DNA from: an uncultured Bacilli bacterium
GTDB taxonomy: Bacteria > Bacillota_I > Bacilli_A > RF39 > UBA660
DNA length: 41,563 nt
NCBI GenBank assembly: GCA_944350395.1
Contig: CALVPA010000077.1
Location: forward strand, 1 to 41,563
Direction of reading: 5' to 3'
The notes beneath the pieces are model-generated. The model searched no databases and was not told where the DNA came from. It worked only from the letters and a program-made list of their open reading frames with translations. A program made the position numbers and the translations under genes. Below are positions 34,858 through 41,563 of the stretch, piece after piece (position 1 is the stretch's first letter; every line of letters starts with the position of its first letter).

Positions 34858-35904
34858 ATGAAAAAAGAAACTGCTACAGGTAAAGATAAAACTTTAGAAG
34901 AAGTAATGGCCGAGATTGAAAAACAATTTGGAAAAGGTGCCATTATGAAACTGGGAAGCGAAGAACATATCGCAGTAGAAGCAACTCCTACTGGGTCAAT
35001 CGGTCTAGACATTGCACTCGGTGTAGGCGGTTATCCTAAGGGAAGGATAATAGAAATATTTGGACCTGAATCGAGTGGTAAAACCACTTTTGCACTAGAA
35101 GCGATTGCTGAATGTCAAAAAAAGGGTGGAAGAGCTGCATTTATCGATGCAGAACACGCATTAGATCCAGTTTATAGTAAAAACCTTGGAGTTAATATAG
35201 ACGAACTATTACTCAGCCAACCGGATACTGGTGAACAAGCGTTAGAAATTGTGGAAGCATTAGTTAGAAGTGAAGCTGTAAACTTAATCGTCATCGATTC
35301 GGTTGCTGCACTCGTTCCTCAAGCGGAGATAGAAGGGGAGATGGGAGACTCTCACGTAGGGCTTCAAGCAAGACTTATGTCTCAAGCTTTGAGAAAACTT
35401 TCAGGTACTATTAATAAAACTAAGACTACAGCTATTTTTATTAACCAACTTCGTGAAAAGGTAGGAGTATTATTCGGAAATCCTGAAACTACTCCTGGTG
35501 GTAGAGCATTAAAATTCTACTCTTCAGTTCGCTTAGACATTAGAAGAGGAGAACAGATTAAAAATGGAGATCAAGTTATCGGTAATAAGACTAATATAAA
35601 AGTTGTGAAAAACAAAGTTGCACCTCCATTTAAAACTGTTACTGTAGACATAATGTATGGCCAAGGAATATCTAAAGAAGGAGAATTACTCGATATCGGT
35701 TCTGATATAGGAGTTCTAGAAAAAAGTGGAGCATGGTATGCTTACAAGGGTGAAAAAATCGGTCAAGGAAAAGAAAATGCAAAAATTTTTTTGAAAGAAC
35801 ATCCAGAAGTTGCAAGTGAAATCGAAGAAAAAATAAAAGAGCATTACGGCATAGAAGTCGATAAAAATAAAAAAGATAAGAAAAATGTTAAGAAAGAAGT
35901 CTAA
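34858..35904 (+). CDS. recA: Recombinase RecA
   Basis: Walker [10 protein letters not shown], and the loop motifs [10 protein letters not shown] and ...[11 protein letters not shown].... The ATG at 34858 follows GGGAGG. The ATG at 34846 overlaps that RBS. Confidence 0.95.
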   Translation: MKKETATGKDKTLEEVMAEIEKQFGKGAIMKLGSEEHIAVEATPTGSIGLDIALGVGGYPKGRIIEIFGPESSGKTTFALEAIAECQKKGGRAAFIDAEHALDPVYSKNLGVNIDELLLSQPDTGEQALEIVEALVRSEAVNLIVIDSVAALVPQAEIEGEMGDSHVGLQARLMSQALRKLSGTINKTKTTAIFINQLREKVGVLFGNPETTPGGRALKFYSSVRLDIRRGEQIKNGDQVIGNKTNIKVVKNKVAPPFKTVTVDIMYGQGISKEGELLDIGSDIGVLEKSGAWYAYKGEKIGQGKENAKIFLKEHPEVASEIEEKIKEHYGIEVDKNKKDKKNVKKEV

Positions 35905-35937
35905 ACAAATGGGCTTTTTTTAGTTATTTCATTTTCC

Positions 35938-35966
35938 TTGATTTATAACCTAAAATAAATTATAAT
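35938..35966 (+). promoter_or_regulatory. Sigma-A promoter of rny
   Basis: TTGATT (35938-43), 17-nt spacer, TATAAT (35961-66). Confidence 0.55.
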
Positions 35967-36016
35967 TGAAGTGTAGATAATTAATCTATAGCGTCAAATA
36001 TGAGGAGGAATATAAT

Positions 36017-37570
36017 ATGGAATTTAATGCAACATCCATATTGTTTCTTATCATTGGATTAGTCGCTGGTGTCATAGGAATGGTTATAGTCATCTCTATA
36101 ACGGGCTTCGGAGTAGGAAAAAAGGCGGAGAAACTTATTTCTGATGCAAAAAAAGAAGCAGATAGACACAAAAGAGATACACTTTTGGAATTAAAGGAAG
36201 AATCTCACAAATTAAAGTTAGAAACAGATAAGGAAATAAAAGAGAAAAAAAGCGAACTTTTAAATACCGAATCGCGTTTGTTAGATAGGGAAAAATCTTT
36301 AGATAAAAGAGAAGAATTATTGCAAAAGCGCGATAACGCTTTGGAAGATAGAAATAACAATTTAACTTTAATGCAGACAAAAATCCAAGAAAAAGAAGCA
36401 AATTTGGATGTGTTACTGAAAAAAGAAATGGAAAAATTAGAGAGTATATCGAAATTTTCCAAGGAAAAAGCACGCTCTTTGATATTAGAGAGAGTTGAAA
36501 GCGATATGGCTGATGAAATTTCTAGTATGATAAGAGATAGAGAAGCAGAAGCAAAATTGGAAGTCGACAAAAAGGCGAAAACTTTGTTAGTCGAGACTAT
36601 GCAAAAATATGCAAATGACGTAACTACCGAACAGACGGTTACGACTATAAATTTACCTAGCGATGAGATGAAGGGTAGATTAATAGGTCGCGAAGGCCGA
36701 AACATTAGAACGATAGAGGCCGTTACAGGAGTGGATTTAATAATAGATGATACCCCAGAGGCAATCGTCATATCTTCATTCGATCCATTTAGAAGAGAGA
36801 TTGCTCGAATAACTATCGAGACTCTCATAAACGATGGCAGAATCCATCCCGGAAGAATAGAAGAAGTTTATGATAAAGTTTGTAAAGATATGAACGCTCG
36901 CGTTTTAGAGATTGGAAATGAAACTATAAACGATTTAGGACTTACTAAATTTGATCCTGAACTCGTTATGCTCATCGGTAAATTACACTTTAGAACCAGT
37001 TATGGTCAAAATGCTTTGACTCACTCTATTGAGGTAGCAAGACTATGTGGGCTTATGGCGAGCGAACTTGGTGAAAATACAACTCTTGCAAAAAGAGCTG
37101 GATTGCTTCATGACATTGGAAAATCGATAGATTTTGAAATTGAAGGAAGTCATGTCGACATAGGTGCTACTATTGCTAAAAAGTATCGCGAAGATGCTAT
37201 TGTAATAAATGCAATAATGTCACACCATGGAGATACAGAACCAACGAGTATAATTTCTTGGCTTGTGCAAGTTGCAGACACTTTGAGTGCAGCTAGACCT
37301 GGAGCTAGAAACGACTCTTTAGAGAATTATATTCAAAGACTCGAAAAACTCGAATCTATAGGAAACGAAATTAAAGGTGTAGATAAATCATATGCACTTC
37401 AAGCAGGTAGAGAACTTAGAGTTATGGTAAGACCTGAAGAAGTAGACGATAAAACTAGTTTCAAAATTGCTCGTGAATTAAAGCAAAAGATCGAGGACGA
37501 ACTCCAATATCCAGGTACAATTAAGATTACTGTGATAAGAGAAACTCGTGCACAAGAAGAGGCCAAATAA
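36017..37570 (+). CDS. rny: Ribonuclease Y
   Basis: N-terminal TM, coiled coil, a KH domain (GRLIGREGRNIR) and an HD domain (LLHDIGK...HHGD). Confidence 0.95.
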   Translation: MEFNATSILFLIIGLVAGVIGMVIVISITGFGVGKKAEKLISDAKKEADRHKRDTLLELKEESHKLKLETDKEIKEKKSELLNTESRLLDREKSLDKREELLQKRDNALEDRNNNLTLMQTKIQEKEANLDVLLKKEMEKLESISKFSKEKARSLILERVESDMADEISSMIRDREAEAKLEVDKKAKTLLVETMQKYANDVTTEQTVTTINLPSDEMKGRLIGREGRNIRTIEAVTGVDLIIDDTPEAIVISSFDPFRREIARITIETLINDGRIHPGRIEEVYDKVCKDMNARVLEIGNETINDLGLTKFDPELVMLIGKLHFRTSYGQNALTHSIEVARLCGLMASELGENTTLAKRAGLLHDIGKSIDFEIEGSHVDIGATIAKKYREDAIVINAIMSHHGDTEPTSIISWLVQVADTLSAARPGARNDSLENYIQRLEKLESIGNEIKGVDKSYALQAGRELRVMVRPEEVDDKTSFKIARELKQKIEDELQYPGTIKITVIRETRAQEEAK

Positions 37571-37583
37571 GAGGCCTTTTTTA
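37558..37583 (+). terminator. Rho-independent terminator of rny (stop codon in loop)
   Basis: AGGCC(37560-64)/GGCCT(37573-77), extendable by A-U and G-U pairs, followed by TTTTT. Confidence 0.55.
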
Positions 37584-37632
37584 TTGTAATTTTAACTTTT
37601 TTAATATAAAATATAGCTTAGGTGGTGAGTTT

Positions 37633-38925
37633 ATGGAAGCAAAGACAATTTTACCTGCAGATACTTATACTGTCGTAAATAGAACTATACTCACCGATTT
37701 TGATAGAAAGACACTCATAAACTTATATGAACCAATTATAGGAGTTAATGGGGTTAGTCTATACTTTACACTTTGGCAAGACCTAGAGAGAAGTCTAGGC
37801 AATCCTACTAAATACAATCACCATCATCTTATGAGCGTTTTAAAATTGGGATTAAAACCCGTAACGGATGCTAGAAGGACATTAGAATCGATGGGTTTAC
37901 TTCGTACATTTTTTAAGCCTGGCGATACTAATGATTACTTGTATGAACTTTATAGTCCTTTATCTCCTAATGAATTTTTTAACCATCCGATATTCAATAT
38001 AGTTCTATATAACAATATAGGTTCTAGTGAGTACGATGCATTGGTCAAATATTATAAAAAGCAGCCGAGTACTCCTAAAGATTATGAAGAGATAACGACG
38101 ACACTCGATTTTAATTATAAATCTGTGAGCATGGCAAGTGCGATAAATGAAGTAGATACTGAAAAAACGGAAAGCTTAGGTCCTAATGTCGATAAAGAGT
38201 ATGTCGATTTCGATTTGCTCCTAAGTTCGCTACCTAAAAACCTCATAAGTGAAAGAGCGTTCAATAAACGTACGAGAAATCTCATAAATGCCCTTTCGTT
38301 CGTATACGATTTAGATACACTAAAGATGAGCGAGTTACTGAGAACAGTAATCAATGAAAATGGCGTTATCGACAAAGAAAAACTTCGTTTAAACGCAAGA
38401 AAATATTATCAGTTTAACAACAGTGGCTCTCTTCCAACACTTATATACAGAACTCAACCAGAACACCTAAAAACTCCAGAAGGCGATATGTCTAACCGCG
38501 GTAAGATGATTTATATATTCGAAAATACGAGCCCTTATGATTTTTTGAGGAGCAAATATCATGGTAGTGAGCCTACAAACAGAGATTTAAAACTTTTAGA
38601 ATATTTAGCAGTCGATTTAGAGTTAAATCCGAGTGTTATCAATGTATTGATCGATTATGTTTTGAAAAGCAATAACAATAAACTAACACAAGCATATGTC
38701 GAGGCAATCGCAGGACAGTGGAAGAGGATGAACATCAAAACAGCAGATGAGGCGATGCGTACTGCTGAAAAGGAACATAAAAAGAATAAAGCTAAAGTAT
38801 TCACGACTAATAATACAAAAAAAGAAGCACCAACTCCAATTTGGTTTAATGAAACTCAAGAAGTAAAAGAGATAAGTGAAGAAGATAAAAAAGAATTAGA
38901 GACAATGTTAAAAGAATTTAGGTGA
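37633..38925 (+). CDS. dnaB: Replication initiation and membrane attachment protein DnaB (Firmicutes helicase-loading co-factor, DnaD-like domains)
   Basis: 430 aa. The N-terminus ...YTVVNRTILTDFDRKTLINLYEPIIG...SLYFTLW is typical of the family. It lies immediately upstream of dnaI, as in Bacillus. Confidence 0.8.
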   Translation: MEAKTILPADTYTVVNRTILTDFDRKTLINLYEPIIGVNGVSLYFTLWQDLERSLGNPTKYNHHHLMSVLKLGLKPVTDARRTLESMGLLRTFFKPGDTNDYLYELYSPLSPNEFFNHPIFNIVLYNNIGSSEYDALVKYYKKQPSTPKDYEEITTTLDFNYKSVSMASAINEVDTEKTESLGPNVDKEYVDFDLLLSSLPKNLISERAFNKRTRNLINALSFVYDLDTLKMSELLRTVINENGVIDKEKLRLNARKYYQFNNSGSLPTLIYRTQPEHLKTPEGDMSNRGKMIYIFENTSPYDFLRSKYHGSEPTNRDLKLLEYLAVDLELNPSVINVLIDYVLKSNNNKLTQAYVEAIAGQWKRMNIKTADEAMRTAEKEHKKNKAKVFTTNNTKKEAPTPIWFNETQEVKEISEEDKKELETMLKEFR

Positions 38926-38930
38926 TTTAA

Positions 38931-39833
38931 GTGGCAGTTGAAGCACAGAAATTAGTACAAAAATGCGATTATGGTTTATTAAAGAAAAAATATGAAGAAG
39001 CGATTAAAGATGAAAACTTTAAAAAACTTGTATCTAAGATAGATTTACCAGAGAAAGAACTCATGAAACACACTAGTTCGTTAGAGGAGTCCACTCAGGA
39101 ACTTAAAAACTGCTCTAATTGTAAGAACATGGCTTTCTGTAAAAACAAGATTAAAGGTTTTGTCTACTATCCTGTAAAAGATACAAATAGACTTAGATTC
39201 GACTATATTGCATGTAAAAAAATGAAAAAAGAACTCAAAGAAAAGGAATATTCTTGTAATTATTATGATATTCCAGAGGCCATAAGGAAAGCTAGTATGA
39301 AAGATATTGCCTTAGATGACGCAAAGAGAATAAGCGCAATTAAATGGCTCAAAAATTTTTACGACAACTATGAAAGTAATCCTCACCAAAAAGGATTATA
39401 TCTCCATGGATCATTCGGTTCTGGTAAGACTTATCTAGTCTGTGCGATGTTAAATGAACTTGCGAAAAAGAAAGTGGATATTACAATCGTATATTATCCA
39501 GAACTACTTAGAAGTCTAAAAGAAGCATTTGAAACTGATTTTTCTAGTAGAATAGACAAAATAAAAAAAGTCAGCATCTTATTTTTAGATGATATCGGTG
39601 CAGAATCTGTGACTCCCTGGGCGAGAGATGAAATACTTGGGACAATTCTTCAGTATAGGATGGATTCAGCGCTTCCAACATTTTTTACATCTAATCTAAA
39701 TATCGATGAATTAGAAGCTCACTTGAGCTCAACTAAAAGTGGAGTAGAGAGAGTTAAAGCTAGAAGAATTATAGAACGCATAAAACAGCTGACTGATAAC
39801 ATAGAACTTATAAGCAAAAATCGTCGCAATTGA
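38931..39833 (+). CDS. dnaI: Primosomal helicase loader DnaI
   Basis: N-terminal Cys-rich Zn module (CSNCKN...C...C) and an AAA+ core with Walker A GSFGSGKTY and Walker B FLDDIGAE. GTG start after AGGTGA. Confidence 0.88.
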   Translation: MAVEAQKLVQKCDYGLLKKKYEEAIKDENFKKLVSKIDLPEKELMKHTSSLEESTQELKNCSNCKNMAFCKNKIKGFVYYPVKDTNRLRFDYIACKKMKKELKEKEYSCNYYDIPEAIRKASMKDIALDDAKRISAIKWLKNFYDNYESNPHQKGLYLHGSFGSGKTYLVCAMLNELAKKKVDITIVYYPELLRSLKEAFETDFSSRIDKIKKVSILFLDDIGAESVTPWARDEILGTILQYRMDSALPTFFTSNLNIDELEAHLSSTKSGVERVKARRIIERIKQLTDNIELISKNRRN

Positions 39834-39843
39834 CGTTTTTTTG

Positions 39844-39873
39844 TTGCAAATAGTCTTATTCTAGTGATATAAT
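39844..39873 (+). promoter_or_regulatory. Sigma-A promoter of rpsU with extended -10
   Basis: TTGCAA (39844-49), 18-nt spacer, TGATATAAT (39865-73). Confidence 0.6.
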
Positions 39874-39905
39874 CTTATTAGTCTTAAAGGAAGGAGGGAT
39901 TATTG

Positions 39906-40091
39906 ATGACAAAAGTAGTGGTAACTAATGGTAATGTAGATGGAGCTTTAAAGAAATTTAAAGTTAAAGTCGCACGTAGCGGTGTCCCTTCTGAACTAAA
40001 AAAACACAAGTGCTATACTAAGCCTGGTGTAAAAAGACGTGAAGAAAAGAAAGAACAAATTAGAAACGCTCGCAAAAAGAGAAGAGACTAA
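39906..40091 (+). CDS. rpsU: 30S ribosomal protein S21
   Basis: MTKVVVTNGNVDGALKKFKVKVARSG...YTKPGVKRREEKKE..ARKKRR. GGAGGG RBS. Confidence 0.92.
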   Translation: MTKVVVTNGNVDGALKKFKVKVARSGVPSELKKHKCYTKPGVKRREEKKEQIRNARKKRRD

Positions 40092-40093
40092 AT

Positions 40094-40119
40094 AAAACCT
40101 TCTAATTGAAGGTTTTTTT
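40094..40119. terminator. Bidirectional terminator between rpsU and the convergent 98-aa gene
   Basis: AAAACCTTC(40094-102)/GAAGGTTTT(40108-116) plus a T-run. Confidence 0.7.
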
Positions 40120-40415
40120 CATGCTAATTCGATATCATAAATATCTCTTATTGGTATTAGTCTTTGAGATTTTGTTACTAAATTATTGGCGGTTTTACCA
40201 ATTATAGTGTATTTTTCCTCTCTATTTTCAAAAGTGATAATGCAATCGATGGAATAAACGTTTCCATCACTTTTAAATATTTTATTTATTTTTTCTAAGA
40301 CTAAATTAGAATTTTTAGTCTTTTTTTCGTCTTCGAGTTTACCATAATTGAAACTTCTATTGTTGTTTAACTCTTTATTAATCGGATTAGCAAAAACTCT
40401 TGGTAAATCTTTCAA
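40119..40415 (-). CDS. Hypothetical 98-aa protein
   Basis: The TTG at 40415 is preceded by GGGAGG with a 9-nt spacer. The upstream part of the tracked ORF (to 40511) overlaps the SEDS gene start and has no RBS. No family is recognised. Confidence 0.45.
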   Translation of the reverse strand: MKDLPRVFANPINKELNNNRSFNYGKLEDEKKTKNSNLVLEKINKIFKSDGNVYSIDCIITFENREEKYTIIGKTANNLVTKSQRLIPIRDIYDIELA

Positions 40416-40465
40416 TTTTAAAGTCCTCCCATAATAAATGTATGATTTTTGCCAATAATAAGAAT

Positions 40466-41560
40466 ATGAAAAAGAAAATTTTAAGAAAAAATTTGAAATA
40501 CATAGTACCAATAGTTTTACTTTTATCTATAAGTTTACTCGACATGTATGGAGCAGCCTTTATTAGTCCTTTATATAAAGGAGTCTTAGTAAAACAGAGT
40601 TTATGGGTAGTAGTGGGTTTTATAGTTATGTTTTTAATATATAAAATCGATTTAAAACTTTTACTCAAGTACAGTTTTTTATTTTATATATTAGGATTAG
40701 TACTCCTTTTATTAGTGTTATTTTTTGGAAAAAATGTAAACGGCGCAAATTCGTGGTTTAAAATAGGGCCGGTGTCATTTCAACCGAGTGAATTATTTAA
40801 ATTTTTTTATATTTTATTTTTAGCCAAAGTTATAAATAAACATAAAGGTTCAAGTTTTAAACTGCTTTTAAAGATAATACTAGTAACATTTTTACCATGT
40901 TTACTCATATTTTTAGAACCAGATACTGGCGTCGTACTGATGTATATTCTCATGATGATAGGAGTCATATTCGTAAGTAGGGTAAATAAAAAACAATTGG
41001 CTATAATTTCTCTAATATTTATTGTAGGCATTTCTTCTTTTATGTCGTTATATTTTTTGAAACAGGATTTATTTATTAAAATGTTTGGTACCAGTTTTTT
41101 CTACAGGATGGACAGGTTAGTTTCTTTTGCTGATAATTCTTCATATCAACTTAAAAATGCTTTAGTTGGGATAGGATCGTCTGGCTATCTAGGTATGGGA
41201 ATAACTTCAAAAAAAATCTATATTCCGGAAGTTACGACAGATTTTGTATTTTCTCTTACAATTTGTAATTTTGGACTTTTTGTTGGGGTTTTAGTAATTC
41301 TAATTTATGCTTATCTTTTGTTTAGAATATATTTGGAAATATTTGAAAGCAAAAAATATCTATATAAGTGCATCTTATCGGGAATATTTTCTATGATGTT
41401 TTTTCAAGTTTTAGAACATATTTTTATGAACATGGGACTTACTCCGATAACGGGAATAACTTTGCCATTTTTATCATACGGAGGCTCTAGTTTAATAAGT
41501 TACTTCATGTTATTTGCTCTAATATTAAAAATAACTACTAATAATAGTAGTTATAGTTAG
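40466..41560 (+). CDS. SEDS-family peptidoglycan glycosyltransferase (FtsW/RodA/SpoVE)
   Basis: About 10 TM segments with family motifs: SWFKIGPVSFQPSELFKF, EPDTG, TDFVFS and PITGITLPFLSYGGSS. The start is taken at the ATG at 40466 (MKKKILRKNL). Confidence 0.9.
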   Translation: MKKKILRKNLKYIVPIVLLLSISLLDMYGAAFISPLYKGVLVKQSLWVVVGFIVMFLIYKIDLKLLLKYSFLFYILGLVLLLLVLFFGKNVNGANSWFKIGPVSFQPSELFKFFYILFLAKVINKHKGSSFKLLLKIILVTFLPCLLIFLEPDTGVVLMYILMMIGVIFVSRVNKKQLAIISLIFIVGISSFMSLYFLKQDLFIKMFGTSFFYRMDRLVSFADNSSYQLKNALVGIGSSGYLGMGITSKKIYIPEVTTDFVFSLTICNFGLFVGVLVILIYAYLLFRIYLEIFESKKYLYKCILSGIFSMMFFQVLEHIFMNMGLTPITGITLPFLSYGGSSLISYFMLFALILKITTNNSSYS

Positions 41561-41563
41561 AAT

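Noticed and set aside
36205-36828. A 207-aa ORF antisense to rny. Similar antisense ORFs occur at 36135-36473, 14569-14979, 14209-14547, 19559-19888, 23641-23895, 1834-2109, 3315-3824 and 29728-30018.
   Set aside because: All lie entirely inside well-supported genes on the opposite strand. Their Ser/Phe/Leu/Ile-rich low-complexity composition is what the reverse complement of Lys/Glu-rich AT-rich coding sequence produces. None has an RBS or promoter.
40400-40511. Overlapping long versions of the divergent ORFs: the SEDS gene from 40400 and the minus-strand ORF to 40511.
   Set aside because: The starts with an RBS or a typical N-terminus are TTG 40415 (GGGAGG upstream) and ATG 40466 (MKKKILRKNL). 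The extensions overlap each other and encode non-conserved Phe/Tyr/Ser-rich peptide.
1-41563. Searched for CRISPR arrays, long direct or inverted repeats, IS, transposase or integrase genes, prophage genes, and defence or toxin systems.
   Set aside because: None was seen. Spacers are short and are accounted for by promoters and terminators. All large ORFs are housekeeping or envelope genes. No repeat longer than about 13 nt was noticed by eye, so a computational repeat search would be needed to be sure.

Overview
Visibly AT-rich chromosomal segment of a low-GC Firmicute. The standard genetic code applies, since TAA, TAG and TGA all end clear genes. The gene set is Bacillus-like: dnaB-dnaI helicase loaders, ezrA, rny, a ylbJ/ylbL-like pair and a sirA-like/yneF pair. 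An [FeFe]-hydrogenase and an archaeal-type ProRS suggest an anaerobic Bacilli/Erysipelotrichia-like organism. About 43 protein genes lie on both strands, almost all housekeeping: gpmI (5' truncated by the window edge), two ABC systems, cls, proS, rmuC, recG, infC-rpmI-rplT with its L20 leader, rpsD, ezrA, cysteine desulfurase-thiI, deoD-add, murT-gatD, recA, rny, dnaB-dnaI, rpsU and a SEDS protein. There is also one tRNA-His(GUG) and many readable sigma-A promoters and Rho-independent terminators. I found no CRISPR array, transposase, integrase, phage gene or obvious defence island, so this is core genome rather than an accessory region. The observations most worth following up are listed here.
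1. A class-B sortase homologue has all three catalytic residues replaced by Asn and contains no Cys. It sits with a GT-C-like membrane protein in its own promoter-to-terminator unit.
2. A murT-gatD pair whose GatD subunit lacks both the nucleophile Cys and the catalytic His.
3. An orphan ~110-nt structured, C-rich small RNA candidate with its own consensus promoter and terminator in the ylbL-recG spacer.
4. Ribosomal protein L20 carries a ~50-aa C-terminal Rho_N/HeH-like extension.
5. The divergent proS and hydrogenase promoters share one palindromic -35 hexamer.
All family assignments rest on motif recognition by eye and on remembered reference sequences. No database search was run.
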